Program-made: the position numbers and the translations under genes
Assembly (NCBI GenBank): GCA_963575745.1
Contig: CAUYUJ010000142.1
Coordinates: 62,001-117,686 of the forward strand
Length of the DNA stretch: 55,686 nucleotides
Source: Prorocentrum cordatum
Lineage: Eukaryota
Reading direction: 5' to 3'
In this document: piece after piece, positions 24,206 through 39,409 of the stretch
How the letters are laid out: each line of letters starts with the position of its first letter
Position numbering within the stretch: position 1 is the stretch's first letter
Notes under the pieces: generated by a model
What the model was told of the DNA's origin: nothing
Databases searched by the model: none
What the model saw: only the letters and a program-made list of their open reading frames with translations

Positions 24206-25724
24206 CACAGACACACAGACACACAGGCATACAGACACACAGACACACAGACACACAGACACACAGACACACGGACACACAGACACACAGGCAACCAGAC
24301 ACACAGACACACAGACACAAAGCCACACAGACACACAGACAGACAGACACACAGACAGACAGACACACACACACACAGACACACAAACACAGAGACCCAC
24401 AGACACACATAAACACAGACACACAGACACACGGACACACAGGCACACAGACAACACACACACAGACAGACAGACAGACACACGGCCATACAGACACAAA
24501 CACACGGACACACAGACACACAGACACACAGACACAGGCAAACAGACACACAGACACACAGACAAACAGACACAAAGACACACAGACACACAGACACACG
24601 GACACATAGACACACAGACACACAGACACACAGACACACAGAAACACAGACACACCAACACACAGACACGCAGACACAAGGACACACAGACACGCAGGCA
24701 CACAGACACACAGGCACACAGACACACAGACACCCAGACAGACAGACACACAGACACACAGACAAACAGATACACAGACACACAGACACGCAAAAAACAC
24801 ATACGCACAAAAACACAGACACACAAACACGGACACACAGACAACACACACACAGACAGACAGACAGACACACGGCCATACAGACACAAACACACGGACA
24901 CACAGACACACAGACACACAGACACAGGCACACAGACACACAGACACACAGACAAACAGACACAAAGACACACAGACACACAGACACACGGACACATAAA
25001 CACACAGACACACAGACACACGGACACATAAACACACAGACACACAGACACACAGACACACAGAAAAACAGACACGCAGACACACAGACACACAGACATA
25101 CAGACACCCAAATACACAGACACACAGACACCGACACTCAAGCACACAGACACACAGAGCACCAGATTCACAGACACACAGACACAAAGACACACAGACA
25201 CACGGACACACAGACACGCAGACACACAGACACGCAGACACGCAGACATACCAACACACAGACACGCAGACACAAGGACACACAGACACGCAGGCACAAA
25301 GGCACACGGGCACACAGACAAACAGACACCCAGACAGACAGACACACAGACACACAGACAAACAGATACACAGACACACTGACACACTGACACACTGACA
25401 CACATACGCACAAAAACACAGACACACAGACACACAGAAGCATACACACAGACACATAGACACACAGACACACTGACTGGCAGACAGAGCCCCCCCCCGA
25501 CCCACCACGCCCCCTTCCGGCGCTCCGGAGGGGTGAGGCACCGCCCCATTTTGGGGCCGGCCCTCCCTCCACGGACCAACCACTCCGCCCTCGCGGAGCG
25601 CACGAGAAAGGGAGAGGCGGGGGGGGGGCCAGCGCGGGGCTGCCAGCGCCGCGCGCGCACGCACACACACACACTGACACACACACACGCACGCACACAC
25701 ACACACACACGCAAATACACGCGC

Positions 25725-25763
<39 letters not shown>

Positions 25764-28700
25764 CACACACACAGACGCACAGAAAGACAACGCAGACAGA
25801 TCCACAGGCAGACAGACACACAGACACACAGACAGACGGACACGCAGACACACGGACACGCAGACACGCAGACACCAGGATACACAGACACACAGCCAAC
25901 CAGTCACACAGACACACAGACATCCAGACACGCAGATACTCAGACACACAGACACGCGGACACACAAACACACAGCCATGCAAAAAACACAGACACGGAC
26001 ACACGGACACAAAAGACACACGGACATACAGACACACAAAACCCAAACACACAGACACACAGACACACAGACACACAGACACAAAGACACACAGAAACAC
26101 AGACACACATACACACAGACACACGGACACACAGACACACAAACACACAGACACACAGGCACGCAGACACACGGACACACAGAACACAGACACCAACACA
26201 CAGACACACAAACACACCAACACAAAAACGCACAGACACACAGACACACAGACACACAGACACACAGACACACAGACAAACAGACACACGGACACGCGGT
26301 CACGCAGACACACAACCACACGGACACGCACACGGACACACAGACACGCAAACACACAGACACACAGACACAGAAACAACCAGACACACAGATGCACAGA
26401 CACACAGACACACAGACACACAGACACGCGGACACACTGACAGACTGACACCCAGACACCTAGACACACAGACACACAGACACATAGACACACAAACACA
26501 CTGACACACTGACACATTGACACACTGACACACAGAACACACAAACACACAGCCACACTGACACACGGACACACGGACACACAGACACACAGGCCACCAC
26601 ACACACAGATACACAGACACAAAAACACACGGGCACAAAGACAGGCAGACAAACACACACAGGCACAGGGACACACAGACACACAGACACACAGACACAC
26701 AAACACAGAGACCCACTGACCCACAGACACACAGACGCACAGACAAGCGGACGCTCAGACACACAGACACAAAGACACACAGACACACAGAAACACAGAC
26801 ACAGAAAGACAGAAAGACAGAAACACGGGCACACAGGCACACAGACACAAAGACACACAGACACACAGACACACAGACACACAGACACACAGACACACAG
26901 ACACACAGACACGCAGACACACGGACACACAGACGTACAGACACACAAATACAAAGACACACAGACACACAGACACTCAATCAAGCACACTGACACACGC
27001 AGCACCAGACACACAGACACACAGACACTCAGACACACAGACACACAGAAACACAAACACACAGACACACAGGCACACGCATACACTCACACAGACACAC
27101 AGACACAAGGACACACAGACACGCAGGCATTAAGGCACACAGGCACACAGAAACACAGACACACAGACACACAGACACACACAAACAAATACACCGACAC
27201 ACTGACACACAGACACACAGACGCAAAAAAGAAACAGACACACAGACACACAGACGCACAGACACACAAACACACAGAAACAGGGACACCCAGACACACA
27301 GACACAATGACACAAAGAAACACAGACACACAGAGACACAGACACAATGACACACTGACACACTGACACACAGAAACACAGACACGCAGACACACAGAGA
27401 CACAAACACACAGACACACAGACTCACAGACACATAGACACACAGACACGGCCTCACAAACACACAGACACACAGGAAGACACGCAGACAGAAACATAGG
27501 CACACATACAAACAGACACACAGACACACTGACTCACAGACACACAGACACACAGACACACAGACACACAGACACACCGACGCACATACAGACAGACAGA
27601 CAGACACACATAGACACACAGACACAAAGACCCACAGACACACAGACACACAGACACACAGACACACGGACACAAAGACACACGGACAAACTCTCACACA
27701 GACAGACAGACATACGGCCATAGAGACACACAGACACACGGACAAACAGACACACAGACCCACAGACCCACAGACACACAGACACAGAGACACACGGACA
27801 CATAGACACACAGACACACAGACACACAGACAAACAGACACACAGAAACACAGACACGGAGACACACAGACACACAGCCATACAGACACACAAATACACA
27901 GACACACAAACACACAGACACTCAATCACACTGACACACAGACACTCAAGCACACAGACACACAGACACACAGACACATAGACACACGGACACACAGACA
28001 CGCAGACACACAGACACGCGGCCACGCAGACACACCCACACACAGACACGCAGGCACAAGGACACACAGACACGCAGGCACAAAGGCACACAGGCACACA
28101 GACACACAAACACCCAGACAGACAAACACACAGACACACAGACAAACAGATACACAGACACACTGACACACTGACACACAGACACACAGACGCACAAAAA
28201 CACGGACACACAGATACACAGACACACAGACACACAGACAGGCAGACAGAGCCCCCCCACCCACCACACCCCCTTCCAGCGCTCCGGAGGGGGGAGGCGC
28301 CGCCCCATTTGGGGGCCGGCCCTCCCTCCACTCCAACCACTCCGCCCTCGCGGACCGCCCAGAAGGGGGGGGGGGGCGGCAGCGCGGGGCTGCCAGCGCC
28401 GCGCGCGCACACACTCACACACTGACACGCACACACGCACGCGCACACACACACGCAAATTCACGCGCACAAACAGACAGACAGACACACAGACACGCAG
28501 GCACAAAGGCACACAGGCACACAGACACACAAACACCCAGACAGACAGACAGACACACAGACACACAGACAAACAGATACACAGACACACTGACACACTG
28601 ACACACAGACACACAGACGCACAAAAACACAGACCACACAGAACACACAGACACTCAGGACACACAGACAAACCAGATACACATACACATGGACACCACT

Positions 28701-31700
28701 GACACACAGGACACACCGGACACACAAAAAAAACACAGAAACACAGCTACACAGACACACAGGACACACAGAACAGCAGACAGAGCCCCCCACCCACCAC
28801 ACCCCCTTCCAGCGCTCCGGAGGGGGGAGGCGCCGCCCCATTTTGGGGCCGGCCCTCCCTCCACTCCAACCACTCCGCCCTCGCGGAGCGCCCGGCAGGG
28901 GGAGGGGGGGCGGCAACGCGGGGCTGCCAGCGCCGCGCGCGCACACACTCACACACTGACACGCACACGCACACGCGCACACACACACGCAAATTCACGC
29001 GCACAGACAGACAGACACACACACACAGACGCACAGAAAGACAGACTCACAGACAGATCCACAAACAGAGAGACACACAGACACGCAGACACACACACAC
29101 ACAAAAACACTCAGACACAAGGATGCACAGACACACAGACAACCAGTCACACAGACACATAGACACCCAGACACGCAGACACTCAGACACACAGACACAC
29201 GAACACACAAACACACAGACATACAAACACACAGACACGACCACACGGACACACGGACACAAAAAACACGGACGTACAGACACACAGACAAACAGACACA
29301 GAGACACACAGACAGACAGATACACAGACACACAGACATACAGACACACATACACACAGACACACGAACTCACAGACACACAGAAACACAGACACACAAA
29401 CACTCAGACACTCAAACACACAGACACACGGACACACGAACACACAGACACCAGCACACAGACACACGGACACACCAACACAAAAACACACAGGACTCAC
29501 AGACATTCAGACACACAGACACACAGACACACATACACACAGACACACAGACACACACACACACATGTTTACACGGACACGCTGACACACAGACACACAG
29601 ACACACACACGGGCCCACAGACACACAGACGCACAGACACACAGACACATGGGCACACGGACACGCTGACACACAGACACACGGACACACACACGGACCC
29701 ACAGAAACGCAGACACACAGACACAGAGACATACAGACACACAAATACAAGGATACACAGAAACACAGACACACAGACACACGGACACACTGACAGACGG
29801 ACACCCAAACACCCAGACACACAGACACACAGACACACAGACACACAGGCAACCAGACATACAGATACACAGACACACAGACACGCGGACACAAAGAAAG
29901 GCAGAAAAAACACACACAGGCACAGGGACACACAGACACACAAACACACAGACACACAAACACACAGACAAAAAGACACGCATACACGCAAAAACTTGGA
30001 CATTCAGACACACAGACACACAGACAGACAGACACACAGACACACAGAAAGACGGAAAGACAGAAACACAAGCACACAGACACACAGACACAGAGACACA
30101 CATACACACAAACACACGGAAGCACAGACACACAGACACACAGACACACAGACACACAGAAACACAGACACGCAGACACACAGACACACAGAGATACAGA
30201 CACACAAATACACAGACACACAGACACACAGACATACAAGCACACTGACACACGCAGCACCAGACACACAGACACGCAGACACTCAGACACACAGACACA
30301 CAGGCACACAGACGCACAGAGACGCAGTCACACGCAGACACGCAAAAACACCAACACACAGACACGCAGACACAAGGACACACAGACACGCAGGCACACA
30401 GACACACAGGCACACAGACACACAGACAGACAGACACACAGACACACAGACAAACAGATACACAAACACACTGACACACTGACACACAGACGCCCAAAAA
30501 AAATACAGACACACAGACACACAGACACACAGACACACTGTCACACTGAAGACACACAGACAGACAGACACACACACACAGACACACAGATAAATAGACA
30601 CACAGACACACAGACACTCAGACACACAGAGACACAGACACACTGACACACTGACACACAGAAACACAGGGCACAAAGACACGCCGACACACAGACACAC
30701 AGACACACGGACGCACGGACACACAGACAAACACGCACAGACAGAAGCACAGACACCAGACACAGACGGCCATACAAAAACAAAAGACACAGGGACACAC
30801 AGACACACAGACACACAGACACAGACACACAGACACACAGACACACAGACACACAGACATACAGACACACAGACACACGGACACATAGACACATCGACAC
30901 AAAGACACACAGACAAACAGACACGCAGAAACACAGACACGCAGACGCTCCGGAGGGGGGAGGCACCGCCCCAATCTAGGGCGGGCCCTCCCTCCACTCC
31001 AACCACTCCGCCCTCGCGGAGCGCCCGGGAAAGGGGGGGGGGGCAGCGCGGGGATGCCAGCGCCACGCGCACACACACACACTGACACACACACACACAC
31101 ACACACACGCGCACACACACACGCAAATACACGCGCACAGACACACAGACAGACACCCACACACACACGCACAGAAAGACAGACACACAGACAGATCCAC
31201 AGACAGACAGACACACAGACATACTGACATACAGAAACGCAGACACACAGACACAAAGACGCGCAGACACAAGGATACACAGAGACACAGACAACCAGTC
31301 ACACAGACACACAGACACACAGACACCCAGACACGCAGACACTCAGACACACAGACACACAGACACACAAGCACACAGACATACAGACACACAGACACGG
31401 ACACACGGACACACGGACACAAAAGACACACGGACATACAGACACACAGACACACCGACACACAGACAGACAGACACACACAAATACACACAGACACACG
31501 GACACACAGACACACAGACGCACAGACACACAGACACACAGACACACAGACACACAGACACACGGACACACGGACACACAGACACCAACACACAGACACA
31601 CAGACACACCAACACAGAAACACACAGACACACAGACACACAGACACACAGACACACACAGACACACAGACAGACAGACACACGGACACACGGACACACG

Positions 31701-33757
31701 GACATGCAGACACACAGACACACGGACACACGCACACACAGACACACAGACACACAACCACACAGACACCCAGACACACAGACAACCAGACACACAGATA
31801 CACAGACACACAGGCACACAGACACACGGACACACTGCCAGACTGACACCCAGACACCCAGACACACAGACACATAGACACACAGACACACAGACACACT
31901 GACACACTGACAAATTGACACACTGGCACACAGAAACACAGACACACAGACACACTGACACACGGACCCACAGACACACAAGCAACCAGACACACATATA
32001 CACAAACACACAGACACACGGACACAAAGAATGACAGGAAGACTGACACAGAGGCACAGGGACACACAGACAAACAGACACACAGACACGCGGACACACA
32101 GACCCACAGACACACAGACACACAGACACACACACACGGACACTCAGGCACACAGACACACGGACAAACAGACACAGACAAACAGAAAGACAGAGAGACA
32201 GATACACAGACACACAGACACACAGACACACATACACACGGACACACAGACACACAGACACGCAGACACACAGACACACAGACACACAGACACACAGACA
32301 CACAGACAAAAAGACACGCATACACGCAGACACACAGACACACAAATACACAGACACACAGACACACAGACACTCAAACACACCGACACACACAGCAACA
32401 GACACACAGACACACAGACACACAGACACACAGACACACAGACACACAGACACACAGACACACAAGCACACGCAGACACGCAGAAACACCAACACACAGA
32501 CACGCAGACAAAGGGACACACAGACACGCAGGCACAAAAGCACACAGGCACACAGACACACAGACAGACAGACACACAGACACACAGACAAACAGTTACA
32601 CGGACACACTGCCACACTGACACACAGACACACAGACGCAAAAAAACAAACAAGACACACAGACACACAGACACACAGACACACAGACACACAGACACAC
32701 AGACACACGGTCACCCAGACACCCAGACACACAGACACACAGACACACAGACACACAGACACACAGACACACAGAGACACAGACACACTGACACACTGAC
32801 ACACAGAAACACAGACACAGAGACACGCAGACACACAGACACACTGACACACTGACACACACACACACACAAACACACAGACACACAGCAGCACAGACGC
32901 ACAGACACACAGAAAGACAGAAAGACAGAAACACAGGCACACAGACACACAGACACAGACACACAGACACACTGACACACAGACACACAGACAGACAAAC
33001 AGACAGACAGACATACAGAGAGACAGACAGACACATAGACACACAGACACACGGACACACGGACACACGGACACACTGACAACCACACACACACAGACAG
33101 ACAGACACACGGCCATACAGACACAAAATACACACGGACACTCAGACACACAGTCAGAGACACACAGACACACCGACACACAGACAAACAGACACACAGA
33201 CACACAGACACACAGACACACAGACACACAGACACACAGACAAACAGACACACAGACACACAGACACACAGACACACAGACACACGGACACACAGACACA
33301 CAGACACACAGACACGAAGACACACAGACACGCAAACATACAGACACACAAATACAAAGACACACAGAGACACAGACACTCAAGCACACAGACACACAGA
33401 GCACCAGAGTCACAGACACACAGACACACAGACACACAAGACACACGGACACACAGACACGCGGACACACAGACACGCAGACACGCACACACAACAACAC
33501 ACAGACACGCAGACACAAGGACACACAGACACGCAGGCAAAAATGAAGGGGCCCCATGACACACAAATGAATACACACAAATTAAACAAATCCCCATATG
33601 TTCCCATATTTTCTGTGTTTTTTTGTCTACCATCCCACTCCCCATATTTTCCCATATATTCGATCGAAGCGACGATTAATTGCGTCTGTGCTTTTTCCTC
33701 CTGACCATAGACACACAGGCACACTGACACACAAACACCCAGACAGACAGACACACA

Positions 33758-33798
<41 letters not shown>

Positions 33799-33930
33799 AT
33801 ACACAGACACACTGACACACTGACACACAGACACACAGACGCCAAAACACAGACATACAGACACACAGACACACAGACACATAGACACATAGAGACATAG
33901 ACACACAGACACACAGACACACAGACAGAG
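17970..33930 (+). repeat. ~16-kb degenerate (CAGACACA)n / (CA)n / (CAGA)n microsatellite array with higher-order structure
   Basis: Directly visible, with strong strand asymmetry (T nearly absent on +). Variant landmarks recur, e.g. gcaaatacacgcgc, cagatccac, agcaccagattcac. Confidence 0.98.
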
Positions 33931-34285
33931 CCCCCCCCCCCCCCCACCCACCACACCCCCTTCCGGCGCTCCGGAGGGGGAAGGCGCCGCACCATTTCGG
34001 GGCCGGCCGCCCCTCCACTCCAACCACTCCGCCCTCGCGAACTCCGACAACCACGCCGACGGAACCAACTCATTTCCCGGCATACCCGAGACCCTCCCCA
34101 GGCCCCTCCAATCATCGATCCCTTCGGAACCATCCACCACTTGATCGGCGCCACCGCCACAAAGAGTTCCAGCCCTTCATCCACGCGCACCCCCCTCCTC
34201 GCTGGCGCTCCGGACGGGGGAGGCACCGCCCCACTACGGGGCCAGCCCCCCCTCCGCTCCAGCCACTTCGCCCTCACGGAGCGCC
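18279..34285. repeat. Ten dispersed copies of an ~85-bp GC-rich foldback cassette
   Basis: Core gcgctccggaggggggaggc.ccgccccattttggggccggccctccctccactccaaccactccgccctcgcggagcgc at about 18280, 18947, 20242, 23144, 25518, 28277, 28810, 30946, 33963 and 34203. Confidence 0.95.
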
Positions 34286-34421
34286 AGCGGAGAGAAAAGA
34301 CTTGAGGGGGGAGGAGCCGAAACTCGCAGCACAGCCTTGCCCTAGTTCACCCGCTCTCCCCCCCCGTCTTGCTTCCCCACTCTTCCCCCCTCAACACCCA
34401 GCTCCCACCGCACCCCCCGCC

Positions 34422-36610
34422 CTATCGACCCGCATGCCAGGCGGACCCCGCAGACGGATCCAGCTCATTCCCCTGCATATCCACGCACCTCCCTCGGGCC
34501 CCCTCCGAGGCCCGCTGCGACGCGCGCGTCGCATCCCCCAAATCGCGGCTGCGCTGGAACGCAGCCAAGTTCTCGATCCTTCCCGCGCCGAAACCTGTCA
34601 CCACTCGCGCGGCGCCGCCGCCACTCGACGGCCCAGACGGCTCCGCGCGCCTCGGGCGCACCAGTACCCCCCCCCGTATATACGCGCCCTCGCCCGCGGC
34701 AGCCCCCTCCTCGACCGCGACGGGGCCGGGCGCAGCTCGCGCCGCCAAACGCGCCGAGCTCCTCCGCGGGACCCCGGCCTCTGACCGAGGCTCCACCTTT
34801 CGTTTCCCCGACGCTGAAACCCGCACCGCCTCCACCGCTGCCGCATCTTTCCCCCCCGCGACACTCGCGCACGCCACATCGCCACCTAGACCCCCGCCGC
34901 CCGCGCGCGCCCCCCCGGACCCTCGAGCACCTCGGACGCGCCCTGGCCCAGCGACGTCGCGCTCCCCGCCGACGTCCCTGACTCCAGCCGCGCCCGCCGC
35001 GCCACCCGCCGCCCCTGCATCCGAGCGAGGCGTCGCCGTCTTTTCCAGTGCCCGCCGCGCGGCGGAACGCGGAGCGGCGCCACCAGGCGAGCCAGAGACC
35101 CCCCCCTCCCTCGGAGACACCGCCCCCCCGCCAACCCCAGCGGTCAAGTCGTGGGCGCCTGCCGCGCCCCTTGACTCGGCTGCGCCCGAAGCCCTGCCCT
35201 TCGTCGTGACCGCTCGCCGCCCAGCCGCACCATCACCATCGACGGCGCGCCCCTCCCCTGACGTCGAAACCGCGCACTTCCTCCGCAGGCGCCTGCTCGC
35301 GGAACGCGGCTCGGCGGCGGCAACCGAGACAACGCCCCCCCTGCGTCCTCCACGGCCTGGTCCTGCACCAACTCCACCGCCGGACGTAGGCTCACCCCTC
35401 GACCCAACAGACGCCGAAGCCCCGGCCCGATCGCCAGCGACGCCGCCCGCGCGCCCGTTCCCTCGGGCCGCCGACGCCCCACTCCCCCCCTCGCGCTCCG
35501 TCGCTCCGTCGGCGTCACCACCAACAGCCCCACCCCCGCCCCATCCGCCGCCACCAGACGCGCTTGCATCACCGCCCCCCGGCCCACTCCCGCCACTGCC
35601 CTGCCCCTCACGCGCTGCGTCCACCTCGGTCGCACCTGCGGCCGCGCCCTGCCCCTGACCGCGGCCCAGGCGGCAATACACTGCCATGTACGCCTCCTTC
35701 TGCTTGATGTGCGCCGGCTCGTCTCGGATCAAGCGCGGTGGCTCGTCGTCGTCAAACATGAAGTACCTCCCATCATAAACGCGGCACAGAGTCGTGTAAT
35801 GGCCGCAATTAACTGACCGCCCATTATGGTAAACCACACCGACCAACTGCATCTGGGGAAGCCCTGGCAGCCTCAGTTGCTCTTCCACCCACACTGCCTC
35901 CCGCGCCTCGGAGCCCCTCCTCGATTGAACCACCAGAACCTGTGGCACACCAGTGGCTCTCGTCTGCCTCACGTGCTTAACCCGGTCGTGCTCGTCGCGG
36001 CAGCACCCCGGGCAGCTCTTCTCGATATCTTCAGGAGCACAAAAGTCGCAGTACAACTCCTGCAGCATCAAGGGCCCACCTGACGCCCATGAACACGCAG
36101 CTTCAGCACATCCTCAGCCTCGTACGCGACAGTCTCGTAATTGCACACGTCACACTTCTCCCGCTTCTCCACGACGAACCCGAACATCTGATCAACGCAC
36201 GTCACCCGCAGATTCACCGCGCGGATGCTATCGGGTTCCCGCTGCGCAAACCGACCTGCCCACATCTCTGCGTCACGCGCAGCCACCATCAGCTTACCCC
36301 AATACGCAAACACATCCTGCTGCTGCCACGGGTCGTTGAACTCACTCGGCCGCCCCATCACATCGTCGTCGCAGTCAACGCTCGTACGCCGCAGCACACT
36401 CACAGGTCCCTGCTGCCAGCGTCGCGAGCACAACTGTTGTACGTCTCCCACATCCCGCACACGCAACAACGCCCCGTGCCCCGGTCCTCGCACTGCTGCT
36501 CTGAATGCCATCGAAGCCACTCCAAGACGGCAGGCGTCCGCAACATAAGCTGCGTCACACTGACCACGTAGCAGGTGTGCCATGGCCGCGGCATCCCTCG
36601 GACGGGCACG
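34422..36610 (-). pseudogene. Ubiquitin-specific protease-like (peptidase C19) domain + Gly/Ala/Arg-rich tail, split over three frames
   Basis: Cys box GMPRPWHTCYVVSVTQLM (~36570), QQQD box, CDVC and CPGC Zn pairs, VPQVLVVQ, and His box LVGVVYHNGRSVNCGHY...YFMFDD...AYMAVY (~35670-35850). Confidence 0.85.
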
Positions 36611-36999
36611 CACCGCACGCTGTCCCACGAAGCCGCGCGAATGCCAGCCACGTTCGGGACATACAAGTCTGCCGGGCACGGTGGCGGCGGAGGCGGGCAG
36701 GGGCTCGGCGGCGGCGGAACCGGGCGACCCAAAGCAAACAAACTCTGTGGCCCGAACGCTGCGGATATCGCTTGTTCCCGACGGCGCTGTCGGCGGCCGG
36801 CAGCCCGCTGCTGCGTCCGCAAGTACAACTCTCGATCTAGTTCCTGCGCCTGCTGCCGGGCCAGCGCCGCAGACTCTCGACCACGCTGTACCCGACTCTG
36901 AACCTCCACACCCTCCAGTCTCTGTGACTGATCGCGCGTCGCCTGCAGCACGACTCGCGCGCGCTGCGCCACGGCCCTCATCTTCTGCCCCCGAGATCC

Positions 37000-37760
37000 A
37001 AAGCACGCGTGGGCACGCACATACCCGAACAGCCCATAGTGGTCGGACATGTGGAACTCGGAACCCTCGAAGAACACCTTCCCTTTCCCTCCCAAGTGCA
37101 CCTCGGACCAGAGATCCGCTCCAAAGAGCACCCGGTCACGTCTCTGGCCGACAGCCCCCCTCTCGCCGAGACCCGAATAGAACTTATTGCCAGGGCAACC
37201 CCAGGATCGGCCCTCATACCATGCGTCCCTCAGACCCAACTGCTCCACGGCTGCCTGCACCTGCGCATCCGTGCTGTTCATGTCGCCCACGATGAGCAGC
37301 CGATGGCATTCGTCCCCGCACTTCGCCACAATCTCCCCAAGTATCGCACGACGCCGTTCCCATGACGCGTCCGTGGGCAGGTGCACCGCCGCCACGTGCA
37401 CGTGCCCATCGCCGCCGGCGCCGCCGTCTCCGGGCACCTGGACACGGCACAGCACGCACGGATCCTGCCCTGGCACAGCCACAGATTCCGCCCGCAGACC
37501 GTGCCTGACGCACAGATGCACATACCCCCTGGACTCGTGCGCCTGCGCAACGCCCGCCAATTGAAACTCCCCTGACAGCTCCTCGTACGCACCCCCGCCC
37601 CCGCACTCCTGCAAGGCAACGACGTCACACCCGCGCGCCTGCCTCCAACGGAGCACCTCGCCAAGAACCGCGGCGCGCTGATCCCGCGCGGTCCAGGAAT
37701 GCGGCGCCACGGCAGCGCGATGCCCACCAGCAATGTTCCACGTCGCAACCGACAACGTCG
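37000..37760 (-). CDS. APE/EEP endonuclease domain of the Helentron polyprotein (within ORF 36400..39825)
   Basis: ATWNIAG, DVVALQE, AAVHLP, IVGDMN, RRDRVLF and MSDHYGL appear in canonical order. Confidence 0.9.
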
Positions 37761-38059
37761 ACGCGCCCTCAAGGCCCTCTCCCTCGCCTGCCTCGTCCAC
37801 GGCCCTCCCCACCACACCCGCCATCGCCCGGCCCGCGCCCGCCGCACTGGGCCCAGACACATCCGCGCGCGGGGCGACGCCGAAGAGGTCCAGAGCGTCA
37901 CGGCACTCCTGGTCCGAGAGCAACAACTCCATGATATCCCGCGCACCACGCGCGCCGACACCCGCGCGGAAAGACGCGAACGCGCCCCGCAACGCACGAC
38001 ACACGTCTGGCACGAACGACTCCGCCGACGCATCCAGCACCCTGGCACCGGCCCCGCGA

Positions 38060-38600
38060 CCAACGTGGCCCAGCAGGAGCCCGAGTGCGCCGGCGATCCT
38101 CTGCGAAGGCACCCGAACTTGCGGCGCCTCCCCAAACTCTACCACTGGTGGCGGGCGCCGCCCATCACTGGCCTGTATCGGCCGCAGCAGCGCGTCGATA
38201 TTCCGAGCGATTCGCCCTGCAACCGCCTCCCTGCGGCCTCGATCGTACACGCACACGGTCAGAGACTTGGCACGCCCGAGCGCCTCCCCCGCCCGACCAG
38301 CCTGGACGCGCACGAAGATCCAATCCTGGGGAACGCCAGACACGCTCAGAGCGTCCACGGCAGCAACCATCAGCAACTCCTTCTTATCGCTGACGCAGCT
38401 CGCGTCCCAAACGCTCGTCCAGTTGTGCGCCACCCGAGCAAAATGCTCTGGGTTCTCCTCCGCGCCGACGTGCTCGCCCACCTTTGCCGAGGCCACAGTC
38501 ATCGGCAGGTCTAACCCTGAGCACATCTGTCGCGCCACCTTCAGGAAGAACTCCAACGCTTGACGCTCCAGTCTGCCCTCCGCCAGAGCGCCCTCCGACC
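38060..38600 (-). CDS. Possible degenerate Ulp1/C48-like protease fold
   Basis: The pattern LERQALEFFL...ELLMVAA...DWIFVRV...VCVYDRG...PQ resembles C48 spacing, but the catalytic His and Cys are absent. Confidence 0.3.
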
Positions 38601-39409
38601 GCACGTTCACGACCCACTTGTCCATCCGCAGCGCGCAGCCACCGCGAACATCCCCGAACGCATCCTTCATCTTCCTGGCCGCCTGATCCAAGCTCCCGTG
38701 CAGTCTCGGCGGCACCAGCGCACCCATGGCCTCCTTCACAGCGCTCATGTGCAGCGGGCCCAGGCTCGGTTCCACGACATCGAACACGCGACCATCCCAC
38801 CGCCCACACGCCACCCAACGATCCACCATCATGTCAGCGACACGGCCCAACAACTCCACTCCGTCGTCGTCCGGGCGCTCCCGCGACAGCCGGGCAGCGG
38901 CAGCCCTCAAACGCCCCCGCAACTCTTCCACCGTGTCAACACCAGCGAAATCCTCTGCATCCCCACCCGCCAGCTCCCGCGCGGCCTCGCGCTCCTCCAA
39001 CGTCACACCGCGCACCCTCTTCCGGTCCAGGAGCCTGTCAGCCACGGCGGTCAGACGCCGCCGCGCGACGTCATCACCCCCCGCCTCGGCATCGCCAGCC
39101 TCAGCCAACGCGGACACGCACGGCGCGCCGTCCTCACCCCAGAGCCAAGTGTCATCATCCACCACTCTGTTCAGACCTCTGAGCCTCTCCGCCTGCGCCG
39201 CACGGACGGTCTCGAGACGGCCCAACAATCTCCCCGCCGCACACCTCTCCTCTGCGGTCCACAAATCCCCCTCGCAGTACCCATACTTCCGCAACGTTGA
39301 CGAAGCGCGCGCCTCCAACCGCAGCTCGAACCGACGGCGCTCCCGGAACGCCGTCGTGTGCCTGGCCCGCATGAAGTCCGCGTACTCCGGCAAGTCTTCC
39401 TCGAACACC

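Noticed and set aside
17765..34277. Dozens of long Cys/Val- or His/Thr/Asp/Gln-rich ORFs
   Set aside because: Translations of a stop-free (CAGACACA)n array, open in all frames, with no domain motifs.
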